Origin: Planctomycetota bacterium
GTDB lineage: Bacteria; Planctomycetota; UBA1135; UBA2386
Direction of reading: 5' to 3'
Assembly: GCA_965223545.1 (NCBI GenBank)
Contig: OZ245006.1
Span: 7,424,001-7,488,000 of the forward strand
Length of the DNA: 64,000 nt
The notes under the pieces were generated by a model that was given only the letters and a program-made list of their open reading frames with translations, had not been told where the DNA came from and ran no database searches. Both the position numbers and the translations under genes were made by a program. Positions 1-8,431 of the stretch are shown piece by piece; position 1 is the first letter of the stretch; each line of letters starts with the position of its first letter.

Positions 1-1617
1 ATCGCCGTCGCGGTCCATGTCGAAGGCGTGCACATCGCCGATCTTGCAGCCGCTGACCTGCCAGTCGCGCTGTGCGGCGAATGCGCCGCCGCCGAGGCCG
101 CGTCGGGTGTGCACCTCGTAGGGGGGGAAGTCGTCGCCCCAGAGCAAATCGGTGATGCCATCGCCGTCGAGGTCGCGGAACTCGAGCTCGCGCGCTGCCA
201 CCGGCGTGTTCAGTACGCGGGGTGCCGCGAAGGTGCCATCGCCGCGGTTGGCGAGCAGGCCGATGCCGCCCGCATTGCTGGTCGCCGGCGAGAACGCCAG
301 ACCGAGGTCGAGGTCGCCATCGCCGTCGTAGTCGGCGCTGTCCATCGAGGTCGAGACGATCAGCCCCGATGTCGTGAACGGGTACGGCCGCGGGTCCGCG
401 AACCGCCGCCCCACGGTGTTTTCGTAGACGCACAGGCCCAGCGCGAAGCGCGCCAGCACGAGGGCGTCGGCGCGGGCATCCGCGTTGATGTCGAGGATGT
501 CGATGGCGATGGCCTCGGCGCCGGCCTGTAGACTGCGCGGCGTCGCGAACGCACCGCCTCCGGTCGATTCGAACAGCAGCCATTCGCCGTCGTTGAGGTG
601 GGCGCTGGCGATGTCGGGCCAGCCGTCGAGGTCGAGGTCGCCGACCGCCAAGTCCGCCGCCCCCTGCGTCTCCGGCAGTGTGGTGAGGGCGACCGCCGCG
701 CCGAATCGCCCGCTGCCGTCGTTGTGCAGCACCGCCACAGCACCCCGGCCGGATCCCGATTGGAACCCCGACTTGAGGCTGGAGTAGACCACGTCGAGGT
801 CGCCGTCGAGGTCGAGGTCGGCGAGCTCGACGCAGGGGTAGAAGTCGCCGGCGAACTGGTTGGGCAGCACGGGGTAGCTGACCGGGGTCAGCTCCGCGGT
901 GTTGTGGATGATCACCACGCGCTGTCCCTCGCGTGCGACCGCGAGGTCGGTCGTGCCATCGCCGTCGACGTCTCCCGTGGCGATGCGATAGGGACCGGCG
1001 CCCACCGGCACGCTGCCGGGAGGCCGGAAGCCGCCATTGCGGTCGTTGGTGAGCACGGACACCGTGCTGCCCTGGCCGAGGCGGCCGAAGTTGGCCACCG
1101 CCAGGTCGGTCCAGCCATCGCCGTCGAAGTCGGCGGCGGCGAGCCCGGTGGGGCCGGCGCCTGCCGGGAAGACCGCGCGGGGGGCGAAACTCCCGTCGCC
1201 GCGGTTTCGGTGCAAGGAGACCGTGCTGCCGCTGCCGGTGTTGCCGGTGTTCGCCACCACGACATCGATGTCGCCGTCCCGGTCGAAGTCGGCGACTTCG
1301 AGGTCGTTGGCGTCGTCCCAGAAGCCGGCGGCGGTGTCGTACAGCACCGGCGGGCCGAAGCTGCCGTCGCCGCGGCCGAACAGCACCCCCAGCTTCGGGA
1401 TCGCCGGCCCGTGCACGGTGACGACATCGAGCAGCCCGTCGCCGTCGAGGTCGGCCTGCCGCATCGACCACGGCATGCGGGCGAGGGTCGAGGAGCCGGT
1501 GTCGTAGGTGATCGAGCGGCTCTCGAAGTCGGGGACTTGGGCGGCGGCACCGGGTGCCAGCGTTGGCAGGACCAGCGTTGACAACGCGGCGAGTGCGATC
1601 GGAATGGGGGTGGACAT
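1..1617 (-). CDS. FG-GAP/VCBS-repeat secreted protein (3' end runs off the window)
   Basis: Manual translation from ATG at 1617 gives MSTPIPIALAALSTLVLPTLAPGAAAQ (signal peptide), then repeated ADLDGDGLLDVV / ADFDGDGWTDLAV / GDVDGDGTTDLAV motifs. Absent from the ORF track because it has no stop in the window; the + strand ORFs here are antisense shadows. Confidence 0.88.
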   Translation of the reverse strand, partial: MSTPIPIALAALSTLVLPTLAPGAAAQVPDFESRSITYDTGSSTLARMPWSMRQADLDGDGLLDVVTVHGPAIPKLGVLFGRGDGSFGPPVLYDTAAGFWDDANDLEVADFDRDGDIDVVVANTGNTGSGSTVSLHRNRGDGSFAPRAVFPAGAGPTGLAAADFDGDGWTDLAVANFGRLGQGSTVSVLTNDRNGGFRPPGSVPVGAGPYRIATGDVDGDGTTDLAVAREGQRVVIIHNTAELTPVSYPVLPNQFAGDFYPCVELADLDLDGDLDVVYSSLKSGFQSGSGRGAVAVLHNDGSGRFGAAVALTTLPETQGAADLAVGDLDLDGWPDIASAHLNDGEWLLFESTGGGAFATPRSLQAGAEAIAIDILDINADARADALVLARFALGLCVYENTVGRRFADPRPYPFTTSGLIVSTSMDSADYDGDGDLDLGLAFSPATSNAGGIGLLANRGDGTFAAPRVLNTPVAARELEFRDLDGDGITDLLWGDDFPPYEVHTRRGLGGGAFAAQRDWQVSGCKIGDVHAFDMDRDGD

Positions 1618-1768
1618 TGGAGAATCGGTAGTGAGGGGGGCGACACCGCCCTTGCGAGGGGAGGGGTCCGGCCGCTGCCAAAAATTCCGGTCGCGAATCG
1701 GGGCGAGGCTCCGCCCCCGGCATGCGGCGTGCAAAGCTCTAGGGTGGGGCGCGCGCCGCCACTGCTCG

Positions 1769-2350
1769 ATGGCCCGACCGACCGAAATCACCATGCTCTT
1801 GGACCGTTCCGCCGCCGGCGACGCGGCGGCCGCGCAGGAGCTCGTTCCGCTGATCTACGACGAGCTGCACGCGATCGCCCGCCGGCAGATGCGGGTCGAA
1901 CGAGCCGGACACACCCTGCAGCCGACCGCCCTCGTGCACGAGGCCTACGTGCGGTTGCTGGGCACGGAAAAGGGCGGGTTTGCCAACCGAGCGCACTTCT
2001 TCGCCGCGGCGGCGCAGGCGGTGCGCCGCATTCTGGTCGAACACGCGCGGTCGCGCCGCCGGTTGCGCGCGGGCGGAGATCGAGGCCGCGCGGCGGACGT
2101 CGACGTCGGTCTCCTGCCGGCCGACCCGATGGACCAGCGGGTGCTGGCGGTCGACGAGGCCCTGCAGCGGCTGGCCGAGGAGCGCCCGCAACAGGCCAGG
2201 CTGGTCGAGCTGCGGTTCTTCGGTGGCCTGACGACGGAGGAAGCCGCGGTTGCGCTCGGTGTGGCCCCGCGCACCGCCGCGCGCGATTGGCTGGTGACCA
2301 AGGCGTGGCTGGCGCGCGCGCTGCGGCCGGAGGTGGACCAAGATGGCTGA
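1769..2350 (+). CDS. ECF-type RNA polymerase sigma factor (TIGR02999/ECF43-like, kinase-associated)
   Basis: Motifs LVPLIYDELHAIARRQM, GHTLQPTALVHEAYVRL and LVELRFFGGLTTEEAA...RDW; overlaps the downstream kinase start. Confidence 0.92.
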   Translation: MARPTEITMLLDRSAAGDAAAAQELVPLIYDELHAIARRQMRVERAGHTLQPTALVHEAYVRLLGTEKGGFANRAHFFAAAAQAVRRILVEHARSRRRLRAGGDRGRAADVDVGLLPADPMDQRVLAVDEALQRLAEERPQQARLVELRFFGGLTTEEAAVALGVAPRTAARDWLVTKAWLARALRPEVDQDG

Positions 2351-5027
2351 GCGGCAACCGTTGCCGTCGTGGGATCGCGTGGCCGAGCTGGTCTCCGCCC
2401 TGGCCGGGTTGCCGCCGGCGGAGCGCGCCGCCGCCCTCGAGCGGCAGTGTGGCAGCGATGCCGCGCTGCGCGCCGAGGTCGAGTCGCTGCTCTCCCACCA
2501 CGACGAGCCGTTGGACTTCTTGGAGCGGCCGGCGCTCGGCCGCTCGTTCACGGTCGCCGCCGCCAGCGACGATCCGGCCGACGATCCGATCCTGGGTCGG
2601 CGGCTGGGGGTGTATCGCGTCGATGCGCGCGTCGGCTCCGGCGGGATGGGGTCGGTGTACCGCGGCAGTCGCCAGGATGGTCTCGTCGAGCAGACCGTGG
2701 CCATCAAGTTGGTCCACCCTTGGCGCTGCACGCCCGAGGTCGTGGCGCGCTTTCAGCGCGAGTGGCAGGCCCTGGCGGCGCTGTCGCACCCGCAGATCGC
2801 CAAGCTGCTGGACGCCGGCTTGGCGGACGACGGGACGCCGTTCTTGATCATGGATTTCGTCGAGGGCCGGCCGATCGACGAGCACTGCGACGCGTTGCGC
2901 CTGACGGTGCCGCAGCGTCTCGAGCTCGTCGAGCGCGTCGCCCGGGTCGTGCACTACGCCCACCAAAACCTGATCGTGCACCGCGACCTGAAGCCGGCCA
3001 ACATCTTGGTCACCGCCGCGGGCGACCCGGTGTTGCTCGACTTCGGCATCGCCAAGATGCTGCAACCGGGGGCGGCCGCCGCGCCCACCGCAACCCGCGC
3101 GGCGATGATGACGCCGGACTACGCCAGCCCCGAGCAGATCCGCGGCGAGGCGCCGACGACCGGGTCGGACGTGTACTCGCTCGGCGTCTTGCTCTACGAG
3201 CTGCTGGTCGGCTGCCGACCGTATCGGTTCACGACGCGTTCGGTCGCCGCGATGCGCTCGGTGCTCGATGATCGGGAGCCAGCGCGGCCGAGCACCCGAG
3301 TGCGGCAGGCCGGCGAGCCCGCGGGGGTCGAGTCCGAGCCGTCGGGGGCGGCCGCCGTGGGTGCCGTGGAGCTCGCCGAGCGGCGGGGGACCACGCCGCG
3401 TCGGCTCTACCGCTTGCTGCGCGGCGAGCTCGACAACGTCGTGTTGATGGCCATGCGCAAGGATCCGGCGCGCCGCTACGGGTCGGCCGAACAGCTCGCC
3501 GCAGACCTGCGACGCCATCGCGCCGGCTTGCCGGTGGCCGCGCGGCCGGACACCTGGCGCTACCGGGGCGCGAAGTTCCTGCTCCGCAATCGCGCTGTGG
3601 TCGCGCTCGCTGCCATCGCGGTCACGGCCTTGGTCGCGGGAAGCGTGGCGACGTGGCGGCAGGCACTGGTGGCCGCGCGCGAAGCCGAGCACGCCGGCAT
3701 CGAGGCGCGGTCGGCGCAGCGACTGGCCGACGTCGTCGTCGATGCGTTGTTGGCCTCGACGCCGGAGCAAGCGGATGTGCAGCGCGACCGGATCGAGCGG
3801 CTGTTGGCGCAGCACGCTGCCGCGGCGCGGCGCGAGCTGGCCCACCGCCCGCACGTGCGCGCCAACTTGATCGATGCGCTCGGCCGGGTCTGCGGTCGAC
3901 TCGGGCAGCACGACGCGGCGTTGGCGCTGGTCGACGAGGCCGCCGGCGTGCGCCGCGAGGCGTTCGGCGAGCAGAGCTTGGAGTGGGCGCTGAGCGAGAG
4001 CTCTCGTGGCGAGCTCGCGGTGCGCCGCAGCGACTACGCCGCTGCGCGGGAGCACTTTGCCCGTGCTCTACAGCTCCAGCAGGCGTTGCCCGTCGGTGTG
4101 CACACCGACGTCGGGCGCGCCTACAACGACCTGGCAGTCGCCGAGCGCGCGCTCGGCAACGTCGGCCGCGCGGAGGAGCTGCACCACGCCGCGCTCGATG
4201 TCCGGCGCGGCGCGCATGGCGCGCGCACCGTGGCCGTGGCCGAGAGCCTGAACAACCTGGCGATGATCCACCTGGCGCGGGGCGCGCTGCCGCTGGCGGT
4301 GCGCGACTTGACCGAGGCGTTGGCGATCCGGCGAGAGCAGCTGGGCGCCGGGCACCCGTTGGTGGCACAGAGTCTCAACAACCTGGCCGGAGTGCAGCAG
4401 CGGCAGGGGGACACGGCGGCGGCTCAGGCGACGCTGGAGCAGGCCGTGCGCAGCTACGCCGAGCAGGCGGTCGCCGATCCGGAGGCCTTCGGCCGAACCC
4501 TGACCAACTTGGCCGAGGTCATGGCGCTGCGCGGAGACGATTCGGGCGCGCTGCAGCGCGCTGAAGAGGCGCTCGCCATGCGCCGCGAGCACCACGGTGA
4601 CGACGCGCACCCGAGCGTGGCGCGGGCACAGCTGGTGGTGGCGAAGCTCGAGGGGCGGCTCGGCCGCCATGCCGACGCGCTGCCACGGTTCGAAGCCGCC
4701 CTGGCGGTGTTGCGGTCGGCGCTTCCCGCCGGCGGTGACCGGTTCGCGGCTGCGCTGTGCAGCCATGGCACCGCGCTGCTGGCCGCCGGCCGGACCGCGG
4801 ACGCCGAGAGCGTCTACCGCGATGCGATCGCGCAGATGCGCGCCGCCGATACGAAGCGCGCCGATTTGCGGGGTGCCGCCCTGTTGGGGCTGGCGGTTGT
4901 CCTGCAGCGCGACGGTCGCGCGGCCGAGGCTGTTCCGTTCGCCCGGCAGGCCGCGGAGTGCTTCGGCGAGCGCTTTCCTGCCCAAGCGCAGCGTGCGCGA
5001 GAGTTGCTGGTGGCTCTCGGGGGGTGA
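2343..5027 (+). CDS. Hanks-type Ser/Thr protein kinase with TM segment and C-terminal TPR repeats
   Basis: GSGGMGSVY, VAIK, HRDLKPANIL, DFGIAK, TPDYASPEQ, DVYSLG; hydrophobic segment, then SLNNLA-type TPR repeats. Confidence 0.95.
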   Translation: MAERQPLPSWDRVAELVSALAGLPPAERAAALERQCGSDAALRAEVESLLSHHDEPLDFLERPALGRSFTVAAASDDPADDPILGRRLGVYRVDARVGSGGMGSVYRGSRQDGLVEQTVAIKLVHPWRCTPEVVARFQREWQALAALSHPQIAKLLDAGLADDGTPFLIMDFVEGRPIDEHCDALRLTVPQRLELVERVARVVHYAHQNLIVHRDLKPANILVTAAGDPVLLDFGIAKMLQPGAAAAPTATRAAMMTPDYASPEQIRGEAPTTGSDVYSLGVLLYELLVGCRPYRFTTRSVAAMRSVLDDREPARPSTRVRQAGEPAGVESEPSGAAAVGAVELAERRGTTPRRLYRLLRGELDNVVLMAMRKDPARRYGSAEQLAADLRRHRAGLPVAARPDTWRYRGAKFLLRNRAVVALAAIAVTALVAGSVATWRQALVAAREAEHAGIEARSAQRLADVVVDALLASTPEQADVQRDRIERLLAQHAAAARRELAHRPHVRANLIDALGRVCGRLGQHDAALALVDEAAGVRREAFGEQSLEWALSESSRGELAVRRSDYAAAREHFARALQLQQALPVGVHTDVGRAYNDLAVAERALGNVGRAEELHHAALDVRRGAHGARTVAVAESLNNLAMIHLARGALPLAVRDLTEALAIRREQLGAGHPLVAQSLNNLAGVQQRQGDTAAAQATLEQAVRSYAEQAVADPEAFGRTLTNLAEVMALRGDDSGALQRAEEALAMRREHHGDDAHPSVARAQLVVAKLEGRLGRHADALPRFEAALAVLRSALPAGGDRFAAALCSHGTALLAAGRTADAESVYRDAIAQMRAADTKRADLRGAALLGLAVVLQRDGRAAEAVPFARQAAECFGERFPAQAQRARELLVALGG

Positions 5028-5070
5028 GGCGCCGCTCCGCTCGGCAGAGTGACCCCGGTCCGGCCGCAGG

Positions 5071-6066
5071 TCAGAACCGTTCGAGCAGCTGCGCCGCGTA
5101 GCGGCGGTGGCCGGCAGCGGTCGGGTGCACGTCCTTGCCGGGGATCTGTTGGTAGCGCGCGTCGTCTTCAGGGTTGCCCGCCGGCAGCGAGAGGTCGGCC
5201 ACCGGAATGCCCAGGCCACGGACGTGGCGGATCGTGGGCGAGTCCATCGTGCGCGGGTCGATCTGCTGGGAGACGATCGCGACCGACAGCTCGATCCGGT
5301 GCGCCGTGCACAGCGCGTGCAGCTCGTCGAAGATCGCCTTCTCGACCTCGACCGCCTCCGCGTGCGGCGTCGGTGCAGCCGCGAGCGCGTCGTGCCAAGC
5401 CGCTCGGTCGTCGGCGTACGGGATGAGCTGCACGGTGAGCGCGCCGTTGGACAGGCCCGCGGCCGCGATGTGTCGCCGGCCGGACTCATCGAACCGACCT
5501 GGCGGATTGAAGCGCGCCAGCCAGTCCGAACTGCCGACGTTGCGCTCGGGTTGCCACGAGCCGTAGAAGAACACCAGCCAGCGTGGCAAGCGGCGCTGGT
5601 GGGCGACCGCGTCTCGCAGGCGCAACAACGCTTGCAGGCTGCCGTAGCTGGAGCAGCCGTAGTTGCGCACTTTCAGTGCGGGGCGGTTCTGTTGGACGAT
5701 CCAGGCGAAGGTTTCGTCATTGCTCAAGCCGTCACCGGCGACGAACGAGCAGCCCATCAGCCAAAGCTCCGGCCGGCGATCGTCGGTTCGTGCGACGAGG
5801 CTGGTGGCCTTGGTGCCATCGGCGTCGATCACCACCCACTTGGCTCCGCGCTCGCCGCCGATGTCGTAGTCGAAGCGGTGCAGCCCCGGCTGGAACCGGT
5901 AGCCGAGCACCGGGTCACCGATGTAGTAGGGTCCGGTCTGCAGGCCGGCGACCAGATGTCCGCCGAGCTTCTGCGGCGGGCGTGGTCGCAGCGCGAGCAC
6001 CAGCGCGGCAGCCGCGAGCGCTGCGGTGCCGGCGAGGGTCACCTTGAACCACGTCTCACGCTTCAC
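5071..6066 (-). CDS. SGNH/GDSL-like membrane-anchored protein
   Basis: GTG start overlaps the TonB receptor stop (GTGA). N-terminal TM, GCSFVAGDG, NYGCSSYG, C-terminal DVHPTAAGH (DxH). Confidence 0.7.
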   Translation of the reverse strand: MKRETWFKVTLAGTAALAAAALVLALRPRPPQKLGGHLVAGLQTGPYYIGDPVLGYRFQPGLHRFDYDIGGERGAKWVVIDADGTKATSLVARTDDRRPELWLMGCSFVAGDGLSNDETFAWIVQQNRPALKVRNYGCSSYGSLQALLRLRDAVAHQRRLPRWLVFFYGSWQPERNVGSSDWLARFNPPGRFDESGRRHIAAAGLSNGALTVQLIPYADDRAAWHDALAAAPTPHAEAVEVEKAIFDELHALCTAHRIELSVAIVSQQIDPRTMDSPTIRHVRGLGIPVADLSLPAGNPEDDARYQQIPGKDVHPTAAGHRRYAAQLLERF

Positions 6067-8216
6067 CAGCTGAGGCGTACGGTGACACCGTAGGTCCTGG
6101 GACCCGCGCTCTCGCCGGCGAACAGAGTGGGGTCGGCGGGGTTGATCTGGAACGCGATGGGCACGTAGCGCTCGTCGAGCGCGTTCTCCATGAATCCCTC
6201 GATGCGCCAGCGCTCGCCACCGCCGCCGATGCGCAGGTTGAGCAGCTCGTAGCGCTCGCTCTGCAGGTTGCTGGCGTCGTAGTAGAACCTGCCGATCGAG
6301 TGGTAGTCGGCGCGGGCGAAGACCGCGTGTCCGTGTTCGCCGATCGGTGTCGAGTAGCGCGCGCCGACGCTGGCGGTGCGCTCGGGCGCGAACGGCAGGT
6401 CGTTGCCGGCGGTGTTCTGGCCGAACTGGTCGACGAACGCGTCGAACTCGGTGTCCAAGAATCCCAGGCTGCCGTAGACCTCGATCTGCTCGGTCGGCCG
6501 CAGCACGCACTCGAACTCGACGCCGCGGCTGGTCGACTCGCCGGCGTTGGTGACGTAGCCACCGGCGGTGGGGTCGAATTGGCTGAGCTGCATGTCGTCC
6601 CAATCGATGTGGAACACCGCCACGCTGCCCTCGACGCGGTGCGCTTCGCTGCCCGCCTTGAGGCCGAGCTCGTAGGTCCAGCTGGTCTCGGTGCCGAAGG
6701 CGGTGCGGCCGGCGGGCGCGGTGGTGTTGAAGCCACCTGCCTTGAAGCCGCGCGCGGCGAGGCCGTACGCCGAGAACTCGTCGGTCAGTCGGTATGCCAG
6801 GCTCACCCGTGGCAGCCATTCGCGGTCGCTGCGCGACGGTGCGCTGGCGCTCAGGGGAAAGCCGCTGAACGTGCGCTGCAGCTCGGCCTCCTTGTCCTCG
6901 TAGTCGAAGCGCAGCGCGCCGCTCAGCTCCAGCTGGCCGGCCGACAGGGTCGCTTGGCCGAAGCCGGCGAGGCCCCAGTCGTCGAAGGTGCCGGCCGCGG
7001 TGTCGGAGCCGACTTGGCCCGGTGGAAACAAGATGCCCGCGCCGCCGGCGCGGAACTCGTTGGTGGCCGCGCGTTCGCTGTCGCTGTAGAACCCGCTGAT
7101 CCCCACCAGCCAGCGCAGGGCCGTCCGCTCGCTGAACTGCACGCCGCGCTCTCCCCGGGATCCGACGCGCACCTCTTGGTACAGGTAGGTCTGCTCCTCC
7201 TGCGTGAAGCGGCGCACGCCGTCGATCGGCGAGAAGTCGAAGTCGGCGCTCTCCTCGATGCTCCAGTCCTGCACCGCGGTGATCGAGGTCAGCTCGAGGT
7301 CGCTGCCGCTGTGCGTGTAGTGCAGCGTGTTGGCCAGCACGTCGCGGTCGGCGGAGCCCTCGAAGTCCTGCGCGATGCGGTTGGGCGCGGCGCGGAGTCC
7401 GTTCAGCTCGGACAACACGAAACCGCCGTCGCGCGCCGCCTCGCCCCAGATCGTGTAGCGCAGCGTGTTGTGGGCGTCGGGCGTCCACACCAGCTGGCCG
7501 TGGCCGAACCAGCTGTCGCGGTCGTCGACGTCGTTGCCGGTCAGCGCGTTGGTGGTGTAGCCGTCGCGGTTCTCGTGGCTGACGCTCAAGCGCAGGTACA
7601 GCTCGTCGGCGACCAGGGGAGTGCTCAGGCCGGCGCGGAACTCCTCGCGGCCGAAGTTGCCGATCGTCGTCAGTGCCTCCAGCTCGGTCCGGTTGGTCGG
7701 TCGGCGCGAGTGCAGGTGGATTGCGCCACCCACGGTGTTGCGCCCGTACAGCGCGCTGCTGGGGCCGCGCAGGAACTCGACCCGCTCGACGTCCCAGAGC
7801 GGGAGGTTGGTGCTGCTGACCGACAGCTGCGGCACGCCGTCGACGAACGTGGTCACCGCCGGGTCGCCCTGACCGGAGCCGACGCCGCGCACGTAGGGGA
7901 ACGACAGCCGGCGGGAGGTGAACCCGGTGATCAGCGTGTTGGGCACCGAGCGCGCGGCTTCGGTGATGGTCTCGGCGCCGCGCTCCAAGAGCTCGTCGTA
8001 GCGCAGCGTGCTGAGGCTCTGCGGCACGTCACGCTCGGCTTCCTCCCACTTGCGCGCCGTGACCACGACGCGGCTGCCTTCGGTTTCGGCGACCGGTGGG
8101 TCCTGTGGCGTCGGGGCGGCGGCGGGCGGGGTCTGGCCGTGGACGGGCGCGACCGAGGCGAGCAGAACGAGGAGCGGCGCGGCAGAGCGCCGGGTCGGGG
8201 CGTTGGATCGAATCAC
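6063..8216 (-). CDS. TonB-dependent outer membrane receptor
   Basis: Signal peptide, VVVTARKWEE, VRGVG, ERVEFLRGPSSALYGRN plug motif, terminal GPRTYGVTVRLSW beta-strand. Confidence 0.95.
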   Translation of the reverse strand: MIRSNAPTRRSAAPLLVLLASVAPVHGQTPPAAAPTPQDPPVAETEGSRVVVTARKWEEAERDVPQSLSTLRYDELLERGAETITEAARSVPNTLITGFTSRRLSFPYVRGVGSGQGDPAVTTFVDGVPQLSVSSTNLPLWDVERVEFLRGPSSALYGRNTVGGAIHLHSRRPTNRTELEALTTIGNFGREEFRAGLSTPLVADELYLRLSVSHENRDGYTTNALTGNDVDDRDSWFGHGQLVWTPDAHNTLRYTIWGEAARDGGFVLSELNGLRAAPNRIAQDFEGSADRDVLANTLHYTHSGSDLELTSITAVQDWSIEESADFDFSPIDGVRRFTQEEQTYLYQEVRVGSRGERGVQFSERTALRWLVGISGFYSDSERAATNEFRAGGAGILFPPGQVGSDTAAGTFDDWGLAGFGQATLSAGQLELSGALRFDYEDKEAELQRTFSGFPLSASAPSRSDREWLPRVSLAYRLTDEFSAYGLAARGFKAGGFNTTAPAGRTAFGTETSWTYELGLKAGSEAHRVEGSVAVFHIDWDDMQLSQFDPTAGGYVTNAGESTSRGVEFECVLRPTEQIEVYGSLGFLDTEFDAFVDQFGQNTAGNDLPFAPERTASVGARYSTPIGEHGHAVFARADYHSIGRFYYDASNLQSERYELLNLRIGGGGERWRIEGFMENALDERYVPIAFQINPADPTLFAGESAGPRTYGVTVRLSW

Positions 8217-8431
8217 GAGTGGCGGCGAAGTCTACGCGCGGGGTCGGGCACCGCGAACCGAAAGGAAGCCCAGCTACGCGCGCCGCGCGCTGCCCGCGAG
8301 TCGGACTTGCCGGCGGGGGCCGCTCAGCGCCGCCGATTGCCGCGGGTTTGGCTCGCAACGGGGCCACTGATGCCGTTAACAAGGGCGCCGGTGCCGCCGC
8401 GTACCGTCGCTATACTCGCTCTCCACGCCGC

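Noticed and set aside
8217..8431. Cobalamin riboswitch upstream of the TonB receptor
   Set aside because: CGGCCCCCGCC is on the - strand but GCCACTG is on the opposite strand, and the GGGAA/B12-box elements are missing.
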